This document shows positions 17,674 through 26,252 of a stretch of 64,000 nucleotides of DNA, one piece after another; the first letter of the stretch is position 1; the number at the start of each line of letters is the position of its first letter. Origin of the DNA: an uncultured Aurantimonas sp. (GTDB lineage Bacteria; Pseudomonadota; Alphaproteobacteria; Rhizobiales; Rhizobiaceae). The stretch lies in assembly GCA_947488615.1 (NCBI GenBank), contig CANKZU010000011.1, positions 6,471 to 70,470 on the forward strand, given 5' to 3'. The notes below the pieces were generated by a model. That model made no database searches. It was not told the DNA's origin and saw only the letters and a list, made by a program, of their open reading frames with translations. The translations under genes were made by a program, and so were the position numbers.

Positions 17674-19012
17674 TCGGAGCGCGTTGAACTTGCCGATATC
17701 GGTGTTGCGCGGCAGGTTGGCCAGCGGTGCGACGCGGGCCGTCGAAGTCGCCGAGGCGACGATCGCCCGTGTGGAGGCCCGTAACGACGAGGTTTCGGCA
17801 TTTGCCTGGTTCGACGCCGATTTCGCACGACGTCAGGCGGCGGGAATCGACGCCTATCGTGGGCGGGGTGGTTCGTTGGGGCCGCTTCACGGCCTGCCGG
17901 TCGCGATCGACGATACCATCGATACGGCCCGGATTCCCACTGAAGCAGGCTTTGCACCCTACAAGGGCCATGTACCGGAGCACGACTCCGCCATTGCCGA
18001 GCGGCTGCGCGCCGCCGGTGCCCTGATCGCCGGTAAGACCGCAACCGGGGAACTGGGCATTGGAACCCCGCGCGGGTCCCGCCGCGAAAATGACAAAGGC
18101 GCCGGCGGCTTCACGGAGGGAGCGGCCATCGCGGTGGCGGAAGGAATGGTCCCGCTTGCTGTTGGAATGGGCAGCGACGGCGCGGTGGTCCGTTCGGCCG
18201 CCTATGGCGGCGTTACCGGTTTCACGCCGAGCTTCGGGTCGATCTCGCGCAGAGGTGTTCTCGATCTGGCGCCGAGCATTGACGCGCCCGGGGTCTTCGC
18301 GCCTACGGTGACCGGCGTGGCGCTGCTCGCGGAGGTCTTGTTCGGGCATGACGCGGCCGACCGGGCGAGTGGACCGGCAGCGCCGCATCCGCGGCTGCTC
18401 GATCACGCTTGTTCGACCCCCCCGGTTCGGCCGACCCTTGCCTTCGTCCGGACCCCGTGGTGGGATCGGGCCGATGACGATATGCAGGCGGCGTTCGGCG
18501 AACTGGTAAGCGTGCTGGGAGAGAGTTGCTTTGAGGCGGAACTGCCGGACATCTTCGCCGACAGTGCCATTTTCGCTGAGCGCGTCGCACTGGCGGAAAC
18601 GGCAAAATGCCTATTCGGGGTTCGGGAGCGCCACCCTGAAGGACTCTCGGAGGCGCTGACACACGCGCTCGATCGCGGAGAAGCCATTTCCGCCCGCGAC
18701 TATTTGTCGGCGCACGACTGGCGCTCGGTTCTCTATGCGGGGCTGGAGGCGGTCTTGTCACGCTGCGACGCGATCATCACGCTGGCCGCGATCGGGCCGG
18801 TCGGCAGGGGAACGACCATGGAAGGCGAAACGCTCTTCAATACGCTGTGGACCTTCCTCGGCGTGCCGAGTGTGAGCCTGCCGCTTTTGCAGGCCGCCGA
18901 CGGCAGCCCGATGGGTGTCCAACTCGTCGGTCGCCGGGGGGAGGACGGGCGACTGCTGCGTACCGCCCGTTGGTTGGAGACCCATTTATCGAACGGGGAG
19001 GAACTCGGATGA
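17663..19012 (+). CDS. Amidase-signature-fold protein lacking the catalytic triad (putative pseudo-amidase)
   Basis: Amidase scaffold (GPLHGLPVAI, AGALIAGKT, VPLAVG, LGVPSVSLP, PMGVQLVG). Asp83, Phe150 and Ala174 occupy the Lys / cis-Ser / Ser positions. Confidence 0.85.
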   Translation: MAGDRSALNLPISVLRGRLASGATRAVEVAEATIARVEARNDEVSAFAWFDADFARRQAAGIDAYRGRGGSLGPLHGLPVAIDDTIDTARIPTEAGFAPYKGHVPEHDSAIAERLRAAGALIAGKTATGELGIGTPRGSRRENDKGAGGFTEGAAIAVAEGMVPLAVGMGSDGAVVRSAAYGGVTGFTPSFGSISRRGVLDLAPSIDAPGVFAPTVTGVALLAEVLFGHDAADRASGPAAPHPRLLDHACSTPPVRPTLAFVRTPWWDRADDDMQAAFGELVSVLGESCFEAELPDIFADSAIFAERVALAETAKCLFGVRERHPEGLSEALTHALDRGEAISARDYLSAHDWRSVLYAGLEAVLSRCDAIITLAAIGPVGRGTTMEGETLFNTLWTFLGVPSVSLPLLQAADGSPMGVQLVGRRGEDGRLLRTARWLETHLSNGEELG

Positions 19013-19179
19013 CACTAGAGCGTATCCTGTCGGTTATCGCCTACGCGGTTTTGTGCGGCTTTCTGCTGATCCTGTTCCTGTACGTTCCGAGCCTGGATCT
19101 CGGTCTGGTCCTTTTGATCACCACGCTGCTGTGCGGATACGACCTGATCTTTCATCGCGTTCCGCAGCACAAGGAGTGA
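19009..19179 (+). CDS. Small two-TM membrane protein (56 aa) at the end of the TRAP operon
   Basis: ATGA overlap with the amidase-like stop, SD gaggaa. MTLERILSVIAYAVLCGFLLILFLYVPSLDLGLVLLITTLLCGYDLIFHRVPQHKE. Confidence 0.7.
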   Translation: MTLERILSVIAYAVLCGFLLILFLYVPSLDLGLVLLITTLLCGYDLIFHRVPQHKE

Positions 19180-19216
19180 GCGGCGCAGACGCGACGCTAG
19201 GTCCGCGGGCCGCGCT

Positions 19217-20677
19217 TTACCCCTTTACCTCGCCATAGGCCGCCAGGGCGCGTTCGCGCGCCGCCTTGTGGTCGACAATCGGCTTGGGATAGGTTTCGCC
19301 GAGTTTTATTCCGGCCTTTGCCAGTGTCTCGGCAGTCGCGCTCCAAGGCGCGTGGATCGCCTTGTCCGGCAGTTTGGCGAGTTCCGGCACGAACCGGCGG
19401 ATATAGGTGCCGTCGGGATCGAACTTCTCGCTCTGCGTGACGGGATTGAAAACGCGGAAGAACGGCTGTGCGTCGGCGCCGGAGCCGGCCACCCACTGCC
19501 ATTGCGCGGGGTTTGAGGCCGCATCCCCGTCGACCAGCGTATCCCAGAACCAGCGCTCGCCGTCGCGCCAGTCGATCAAGAGGTCCTTGGTCAGAAACGA
19601 GCCGACGATCATCCGCACCCGATTGTGCATCCAGCCCGTCTGCCAGAGCTGACGCATACCGGCATCGACGATGGGGTAGCCTGACAGGCCCCGTTGCCAC
19701 GCCCGAAGATCGGCTTGTGAGTGCCGCCATGGGAACGCATCGAAGCGCTTGTTGATGTTCGTCGTGGCGAGGTTTTCGCCGTGATGGAGCAGGTGGGCAT
19801 TGAAGTCGCGCCAGACCAACTCCTTCTTGAACGTGCGGATCGCATCGTCCGGGATCGATTTGCGGCGTGACGCATAGGTCTGAGCCGTGTGCCAGATCCG
19901 GTAGGGGGATATCTCCCCCCAGCGCAGATGTGGCGACAGACCGGATGTGCGATCCGCGGAGGGATTGTCGCGGGCGCTATCATAGCCGGCGAGATCGTCG
20001 TCGCAGAACGTCTCCAGGCGTTCCAGCGCGGCTCTCTCGCCCGGCGCCCAAGCGTTCGCGATGCCCCCCGACCAGTCGGGCTTTGTCGGCAGAAGCGCCC
20101 AGTCGGCGAGATCGTCGGATTTCGGAAAGTCGTCCGGCTGCTCGAAACCGGCCGGCGCGTCGATCGGATCGCGTGGTTCGGTTGCGGAAAGCTTCTTCCA
20201 GAATGGCGTATAGACCTTGTAATAGCCGCCGGTGGTCGTCTGGACCTGTTCCGGCTCGTGCAGGATGTTGGCGGTGAAGCGTCGGACGTCGAAAGCTTCG
20301 CCCAAAGCCTCCGCGATCATGTCGTCGGCGGCGCGGCCGGCCGGATCGTAGCGTCGGTTGAAATAAAGCGCCGTGGCGCCGACGGCTGCGATGATCTCGA
20401 GGATCTCCCGCTTTGCCGCGCCGCGCCGGAGCGTCAGGCGGGAGCCCTTGCGGCGCAGGCCGCAGGCGAAGGCGTCGAGGCTGTGATGCAGCCACCATTG
20501 GTGAGCGCCACCGAGCGCGCGGATGCCGTCCGATGTCTCGTCGAGCACGTAAAGCGGCACCACGGGCCGACCTGTGTCGGCTGCCGCGGCGAGCGCCGGA
20601 TTGTCGTCGAGGCGCAAATCGTCGCGCAACCAGACGACGATCGGATCTCTGGGGGTTTTTGCCGTGCTGTCGTTCAT
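19217..20677 (-). CDS. phr: Deoxyribodipyrimidine (CPD) photolyase
   Basis: Likely start MNDSTAK. VWLRDDLRLDDNPAL, TSGLSPHLRWGEIS, ELVWRDF, GYPIVDAGMRQLWQTGWMHNRVRM and RVFNP. Confidence 0.95.
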   Translation of the reverse strand: MNDSTAKTPRDPIVVWLRDDLRLDDNPALAAAADTGRPVVPLYVLDETSDGIRALGGAHQWWLHHSLDAFACGLRRKGSRLTLRRGAAKREILEIIAAVGATALYFNRRYDPAGRAADDMIAEALGEAFDVRRFTANILHEPEQVQTTTGGYYKVYTPFWKKLSATEPRDPIDAPAGFEQPDDFPKSDDLADWALLPTKPDWSGGIANAWAPGERAALERLETFCDDDLAGYDSARDNPSADRTSGLSPHLRWGEISPYRIWHTAQTYASRRKSIPDDAIRTFKKELVWRDFNAHLLHHGENLATTNINKRFDAFPWRHSQADLRAWQRGLSGYPIVDAGMRQLWQTGWMHNRVRMIVGSFLTKDLLIDWRDGERWFWDTLVDGDAASNPAQWQWVAGSGADAQPFFRVFNPVTQSEKFDPDGTYIRRFVPELAKLPDKAIHAPWSATAETLAKAGIKLGETYPKPIVDHKAARERALAAYGEVKG

Positions 20678-20781
20678 GCAGGCGTCCCTTCGTTGCCGAG
20701 GGCCGATAGCTGGCGCAGCATAGCCTTGCGGCGAGGCGGTGCGACGAAATCGCAAGGGGCCTGGCAGATCATACGGTGCCG

Positions 20782-20820
20782 AAAAAAGAAGGCCGCCGGC
20801 GTGACACCGGCGACCTTCTT
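20782..20820 (-). terminator. Intrinsic terminator after tRNA-Asn
   Basis: Minus strand AAGAAGGTCGCCGG-TGTCACG-CCGGCGGCCTTCTTTTTT. Confidence 0.8.
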
Positions 20821-20826
20821 GAAAAC

Positions 20827-20902
20827 TGGCTCCCCGAGCAGGGCTCGAACCTGCGACAATTCGATTAACAGTCGAACGCTCTACCAACTGAGCTATCGGG
20901 GA
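20827..20902 (-). tRNA. tRNA-Asn(GTT)
   Basis: 76 nt TCCCCGATAGCTCAGTTGGTAGAGC...CT-GTT-AA...GGTTCGAGCC...TCGGGGAGCCA, with a paired acceptor stem and encoded CCA. Confidence 0.97.
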
Positions 20903-21078
20903 ATGACGCGTCAGGCGCGTTGGCGTGCCTATAGCAAAACGATGACACTCTTGCCAAGCCGCGACTTGAGGAAAAATCCCCGATCCCGGTGCGAATGGCG
21001 AAAAAGCCTTTGTTCGGACCGACCGCGCTCCCATTTCAAGGTCCGGGACGATGGCTATCGGTAAACCATGGCGGCAGG

Positions 21079-21420
21079 ATGAGTGATCAAGAAGCGGGGC
21101 ACGACGAAAGCGAGGACGCGCGCAAGCCGACGGGTCGAGGGATCGAGATATTCGGTCGCAGGCTTCCGCTTCCGGCGAACCGCGGATGGCGGATCGCGCT
21201 GGGAAGCAGTCTGGTCGTCGGCGGCCTTCTGGGTTTCCTGCCGATTCTCGGCTTCTGGATGATACCGTTAGGTCTTCTCGTCCTGTCGGTCGATTTGATC
21301 TTCGTGCGCCGCTGGCGCCGGCGGACAACGGTGAAGTGGGGACGCGCCCGCTCGGCCCGTGACGGAAACGGCGCTGCCGGCAAGCCGGTGCGGGCGCCAT
21401 CCTCAAGCGAGCCGTCATAG
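21079..21420 (+). CDS. Small hypothetical membrane protein
   Basis: Two hydrophobic segments (IALGSSLVVGGLLGFLPILGFWMIPLGLLVLSVDL) followed by an Arg-rich stretch. Start chosen by inspection. Confidence 0.7.
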   Translation: MSDQEAGHDESEDARKPTGRGIEIFGRRLPLPANRGWRIALGSSLVVGGLLGFLPILGFWMIPLGLLVLSVDLIFVRRWRRRTTVKWGRARSARDGNGAAGKPVRAPSSSEPS

Positions 21421-21618
21421 GGCACCCGTCGCGATGCGCCTCCGGGAGGCGCGGCGAAACTTGTCCCGGAGGCCCGTATCCGAGCACCGTTCCCGGGAGA
21501 GCGGAGGCGAACAGATGCTCCGCGTTGCCGTTTGATTCACGATAATTGTGAGGTCCAGGGAACCAGAATGTCGCGCCGAGCCTTGTGCCCAAAAGAAAAC
21601 ACATTGCAGGTGGCGCAC

Positions 21619-21909
21619 ATGCTTACGAAGACCGGAATGACGATCCTGGCCCTGACCTTCGGCTCGCTGAGCCTCCCCGCTTATGCTCAGGATGTCGTTG
21701 GCTCGGCCCAGTTCGAGGCGCCGGTCGAAATGGCGTCGCTCGACATCGCACCGAGACAGCGTGGCGAGACGGCTTCGATCCCGGTTCCGATGCCGCGGCC
21801 CGACATCACCCAGGCGGCGCAACCGCTGCAGGCGCAACCGCAGCAGGAAATCCGCCGGACCGCCAGCGGCATTCGCATTGTCGGTCCTCGCTTCTTTCCC
21901 TCCGAATAG
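21619..21909 (+). CDS. Small secreted Pro/Gln-rich hypothetical protein
   Basis: Sec signal ending AYA-Q, PVPMPRP motif, C-terminal IRIVGPRFFP. Confidence 0.6.
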   Translation: MLTKTGMTILALTFGSLSLPAYAQDVVGSAQFEAPVEMASLDIAPRQRGETASIPVPMPRPDITQAAQPLQAQPQQEIRRTASGIRIVGPRFFPSE

Positions 21910-21983
21910 GACACATCATCGGTTGTCGCCGGCGCGCGTCGGCCAAAGCCGATAGGGAAGCGATTATATACCAGGGATAGGAA

Positions 21984-22057
21984 TGGAGGCCTCGGAGGGA
22001 ATCGAACCCCCGTACAAGGATTTGCAGTCCTCTGCGTAACCACTCCGCCACGAGGCC
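21984..22057 (-). tRNA. tRNA-Cys(GCA)
   Basis: 74 nt GGCCTCGTGGCGGAGTGGTTACGC...CT-GCA-AA...GGTTCGATTCC...GAGGCCTCCA. Confidence 0.97.
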
Positions 22058-22472
22058 TCACCGGCGCCGTACGTACTGATTCAAGGGGATCGCCGCAAGG
22101 GGGATCTTGCGAGGAGGCATCGGGTCCGCAGTGAAAACCGGTTACGGCGATTGAATGATGGCGAGCGGCGTCGGATTTTCGGATCCGACGCCGTTTCCGT
22201 TCGCGGGCCTCCATAGGCCACTGCATAGACGAGATTTTGGACCGGTCGTCTTCCCGCGGCGTCGCAAGCACAGCATCACGGAGCGGTGAGGTTATGAATC
22301 CGCTCGGGCCGGGCGGCGTGTTGGTCCAACAGAGCGCCGGGCAAATTGATCCGGGGTCGATTTGTGCCGCAGCGGTCAACCCTCGGGTCCGCCTTGCGCG
22401 CGGCAAGAGCCGCGACTATGGAAACGGGGCGGCCGCAAGCCGACGATGCGGCGAGACACGAGGATTTCGGCC

Positions 22473-23126
22473 ATGGATTTCGAGACCGCCCGCACGAAGA
22501 TGGTGGACAACCAGATCCGCACCACGGACGTCACCCGTCACGACATTCTGAGGGCGTTTCTGCAGGTGCCGCGGGAAGAGTTCGTTCCCGCCTCGCGCAA
22601 GCCGCTGGCCTATATCGATGAGGATCTGCCGATCGGCAACGGCCGATACGTCATGGAAGCGTCGCCCTTCGCCAAACTCCTGCAACTCGCCGCAGTCACG
22701 CCCGACGACGTCGTCCTCGATGTCGGGTGTGGTTCCGGCTACTCCTCGGCGGTCCTGTCGCATCTCGCAGGTTCGGTGGTGGCCCTGGAAGAGGATGCCG
22801 ACCTCGCCGCGCTTGCCAGCGACAATTTGGCGCGTCTCGATTACGTCACCTGCGTCGTGGTCGAGGGAAAGCTGGAGGAAGGCTACCCGTCCGAGGCTCC
22901 GTACGACGTCATCTTCTTCGAGGGCGCCGTCGGCCGCTTGCCGGCCACCTTCTTCGAGCAGTTGCGTGAAGGGGGACGTTTGGTTGTCGTTGAAGGCGTT
23001 GGCAACGCGGCCTCCGCCAAGCTCTATTTCAAGGACGAGAACGGCATCGTCTCGGACCGCTTCGGCTTCAACTGCAGCGTGAAGCCGCTGCCCGGATTCG
23101 ACAAGGCGAGAGAGTTCGTCTTCTGA
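22473..23126 (+). CDS. pcm: Protein-L-isoaspartate O-methyltransferase family (paralog upstream of tolC)
   Basis: MDFETARTKMVDNQIRT, VPREEFVP, SAM motif VLDVGCGSGY, APYDVIF and QLREGGRLV. Confidence 0.88.
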   Translation: MDFETARTKMVDNQIRTTDVTRHDILRAFLQVPREEFVPASRKPLAYIDEDLPIGNGRYVMEASPFAKLLQLAAVTPDDVVLDVGCGSGYSSAVLSHLAGSVVALEEDADLAALASDNLARLDYVTCVVVEGKLEEGYPSEAPYDVIFFEGAVGRLPATFFEQLREGGRLVVVEGVGNAASAKLYFKDENGIVSDRFGFNCSVKPLPGFDKAREFVF

Positions 23127-23313
23127 GCGCAACGTCGTGGCAGATATGTTTCGTCACACGATAAAGCCGTCGGAAATCGAGGCCCGCACTTGATCGGACC
23201 ATTACAATACTGATCAAATACCATCGGTATGGAAATCGCTTACGCCAGACGCCTGCGCGGTGCCTGGCATAGGCATGCTTTGCCGGCCTTATCCGTGGTT
23301 TGGAGTCATCGGG

Positions 23314-24741
23314 TTGCGTAGTAAAATCTGGATTGCCGCCGCTTTTGTTGCCGGTACGTTCTTGTCAGTCCCCGCCATGGCCGAGACCCTCACCGGGGCA
23401 TTGGCCAAGGCCTATGCCAACAGCCAGGGTCTGAATTCGGCGCGGGCGCAATTGCGTGCCACCGACGAGAATGTTCCACAGGCGCGGGCTGGGCTCCGGC
23501 CGTTCGTCAGCGGGATAGGTTCAGCCAACGCGACCCGGAGCCGGACGACCTTCGGCGACGATATCTCATCCCAGACCGCACGGACGGAGTCGATCGGTTT
23601 CGGCATCCAGCTCAACCAGACGCTGTTCGACGGATTTCAGACGCCCAATAATGTCTCCGCCGCGCAGGCACAGGTCCGCGCCTCGCGGGAAAACCTCGCC
23701 AACACCGAGCAGAACACCCTGTTCGACGCGGCCACCGCCTATATGGACGTGCTGCGCGATCGGCAGATCGCCGCGCTGCGCCGGCAGAATCTTGGCTTCC
23801 TGCAGGAGCAGGTGCGGGCGTCGCGGGCGCGCTTCGAGGTGGGCGAGGGAACGCGGACCGACGTGGCGCAGGCCGAATCCCAGCAGGCCCTTGCGACGGC
23901 GCTGCTCAACAGCGCTCTGGCGCAGGTGGCCTCCAGCGAGGCGACCTATTTCGATGTGGTGGGCAATCCGCCGACGAATCTCAAGCCCGGCAGAACCCCG
24001 GCAGGTCACATTCCGAAGTCGCTCGATTCGGCCGTCGCCATTTCCCAGCGCGAGCACCCGGCCATTCTGGCAACGCTCGCCGCCGTCGACGCGGCGGCCT
24101 TCCAGGTCAAGTCGGCCGAAGGCGCGCTGCTGCCGACACTGAGCCTGACCGGTCGTGTCGACGATACCTATGCGCTGAGCGAAACCCGTGGCGGCAACCT
24201 ACCCGGCGTCAATACGTCGCTCGGCCGGCCGAACGTCAACACGCAGAACCAGGTGTCGGCGACGGTGGGCGCGCAGTTGACGATACCGATCTACCAGGGC
24301 GGTCGTGCGAGTTCGCAGGTGCGGCAGTCAAAGGAAGTGCTCGGCCAGCGCCGGATCGAGGTCGACGGAACACGCGATCAGGTGAGGACCGCGGTGGCCA
24401 GTGCCTGGGCGCAATTGCAGGCCGCGCGTGCCAACATTGCCGGCTTTCAGGCGCAGGCGCGTGCCGCTCGCCTGGCACTTGATGGTGTTATCGAGGAGCG
24501 CAATGTCGGCCAGCGGACCACGCTCGACGTGCTGGATGCTCAAGCCGAGGTGATCTCGGCGCAGATCCTGCTCGTCGGCTCGCAACGCGACGAGGTGGTG
24601 GCCGGCTATGCCGTGGTCTCGGCCTCCGGCCGGCTCTCGGCCGAGCGGCTCGGGTTGGCCGGCAAGACCTACAAGCCGGAAGAGCATTACGAGCAGGTCC
24701 ACGACAAATGGTATGGTCTGAGGACGCCGGACGGGCGCTAA
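23314..24741 (+). CDS. tolC: TolC family outer membrane efflux/secretion channel
   Basis: Likely TTG start after ggag. Signal peptide ...AMA-ETL, QTLFDGF, RFEVGEGTRTDVAQAE, TIPIYQGG and VGQRTTLDVLDAQ. Confidence 0.92.
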   Translation: MRSKIWIAAAFVAGTFLSVPAMAETLTGALAKAYANSQGLNSARAQLRATDENVPQARAGLRPFVSGIGSANATRSRTTFGDDISSQTARTESIGFGIQLNQTLFDGFQTPNNVSAAQAQVRASRENLANTEQNTLFDAATAYMDVLRDRQIAALRRQNLGFLQEQVRASRARFEVGEGTRTDVAQAESQQALATALLNSALAQVASSEATYFDVVGNPPTNLKPGRTPAGHIPKSLDSAVAISQREHPAILATLAAVDAAAFQVKSAEGALLPTLSLTGRVDDTYALSETRGGNLPGVNTSLGRPNVNTQNQVSATVGAQLTIPIYQGGRASSQVRQSKEVLGQRRIEVDGTRDQVRTAVASAWAQLQAARANIAGFQAQARAARLALDGVIEERNVGQRTTLDVLDAQAEVISAQILLVGSQRDEVVAGYAVVSASGRLSAERLGLAGKTYKPEEHYEQVHDKWYGLRTPDGR

Positions 24742-24918
24742 GCGCCCCGCTTGAGGGTCGCGGACGAGGCGGCCGTCACAACAGCCTCGGCCAAGAAGCT
24801 GGTGATAGTTTCCGCCAAAGAGCTTGGGGGATTCACGCCAGCGCTCTTTCCATTTAGGCTTCGCGCATGATTCGATCGATAGGGTCGGCCCTTGTCGCGG
24901 AATTTGCGGGAGCGTCCC

Positions 24919-26109
24919 ATGAGTAATGCCCTTTCGGCCCGTGAGCCGTCGATGGACGAAATCCTGGCCTCGATCAGGCGAATCATCGAGAGCGGCGACG
25001 AGACCGTCATCGCGACAAAAGCGCCCGACCTCGAGCCTTTGCACGGCGAGCCGGCAAACACCGCCGGCAATGCCGCGGAACTGGCGGCCGACGCGGTGGT
25101 CTGGAGAGCCGAAACGCCGTCCCACTACGAAGATGCGTCTGTCGGTTCGGGTGCGGCTGGAGACGTGACGGCCGAGCTGCCGAGGGCCGGTTCCGCGAAA
25201 CCCGCTGCCGATGGCGCAACTGCGCCGGGGCGCCCCCGACTGGGGATCGTGCCACCTGTCAGGCCGGCGGATTCCATGTTTGCCGAGCAGCCCGGCGACG
25301 CAAACGACGAACGGCAGACCCTGGGCCTGGAGGTCGATCCTCTTGCCGAGGTGGGCAGCTTGCCGGATCGGCAGGCGGCTGAGGGTGAGGACAATCTCCT
25401 TGATTCCGGCGAGGATTCGTCGCTGTCGACCGCGCGACTGCGCGCAGTCTCGTTGGCGTCCGTATCCGAGCGCCGTATCGAGGCGGTGCGCGCCGGCGCC
25501 GTCCCGTCCGAGGCTTCGGAGCCGATCGCAGAGGGCGATGACGATCTTCTCGGCGCGCTGTCAAACGCGATCGACGCGGATGGCGCCGAGGACGAGACCG
25601 TGGACCTGCTGCCGGATGGCGACCAGACGGTTGTCGCGGGCGATGACGAAGACGCGGTGGGCGAATTCGACGAGGAGGAATTCGCGTCCGAACTGATCGA
25701 GAACGCCACCCAGATCGCGTCCGAGTCGCAGATGGAAAGCCAGCCGGATGCGGTCGAGGCTGAGGCCGCGCTGTCGCCGGCCGCCGTAGCCACCATGGAG
25801 GGGGCCGAAGACGACCAACCGGCAGGTTCTAAAGATGCGGCTCCGGCGAGCGGTCCGGGCGTTCATGAAAGCGCGGCCAGCGCCCCGATCCACGAATTGA
25901 TCTCACAGGAGACGAGCAGCCGCGTCGCCGCGTCTTTCGACAATCTCGCGCGCGTCATTCGCGAGGAACATTTGGATTCCATCGACGAGACGGTCGGCGA
26001 AATCCTGCGGCCGATGCTGCAGGAGTGGCTGGACGACAATCTGCCGAGTCTGGTCGAGAGGCTGGTCCGCGAGGAAATCGAGCGGGTCGCGCGCGGCGGC
26101 CGCCGCTGA
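24919..26109 (+). CDS. popZ: Pole-organizing protein PopZ (DUF2497), long acidic linker
   Basis: N-terminal helix EPSMDEILASIRRII and C-terminal LRPMLQEWLDDNLPSLVERLVREEIERVAR. Located between tolC and valS. Confidence 0.92.
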   Translation: MSNALSAREPSMDEILASIRRIIESGDETVIATKAPDLEPLHGEPANTAGNAAELAADAVVWRAETPSHYEDASVGSGAAGDVTAELPRAGSAKPAADGATAPGRPRLGIVPPVRPADSMFAEQPGDANDERQTLGLEVDPLAEVGSLPDRQAAEGEDNLLDSGEDSSLSTARLRAVSLASVSERRIEAVRAGAVPSEASEPIAEGDDDLLGALSNAIDADGAEDETVDLLPDGDQTVVAGDDEDAVGEFDEEEFASELIENATQIASESQMESQPDAVEAEAALSPAAVATMEGAEDDQPAGSKDAAPASGPGVHESAASAPIHELISQETSSRVAASFDNLARVIREEHLDSIDETVGEILRPMLQEWLDDNLPSLVERLVREEIERVARGGRR

Positions 26110-26252
26110 TCGCATCGACGAAGGTTGTTTTGCGGCTCCGGGCGGCTGTCGCGAGCCGCTCTTCGTTGACAGCCGCGAAAGCGAGGCTGTAACCGGAAGG
26201 CACGCTTCAACGCCTTCGGGCAATGCCCCGTGCCGGGGCCACCGGACATGTC

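Noticed and set aside
20678-21604. N-terminal extension making the photolyase a 795-aa protein
   Set aside because: The extension runs through tRNA-Asn and its terminator and opposite a plausible + strand gene. Photolyase homology starts at about 20677.
20827-22057. tRNA-anchored genomic island between tRNA-Asn and tRNA-Cys
   Set aside because: There is no integrase and I saw no duplicated tRNA 3' end (att site). The two small ORFs look host-like.
26165-26193. Inverted repeat overlapping a TTGACA upstream of valS as a T-box or attenuator
   Set aside because: It is too short and lacks T-box motifs. It is more simply a promoter or a popZ 3' hairpin.
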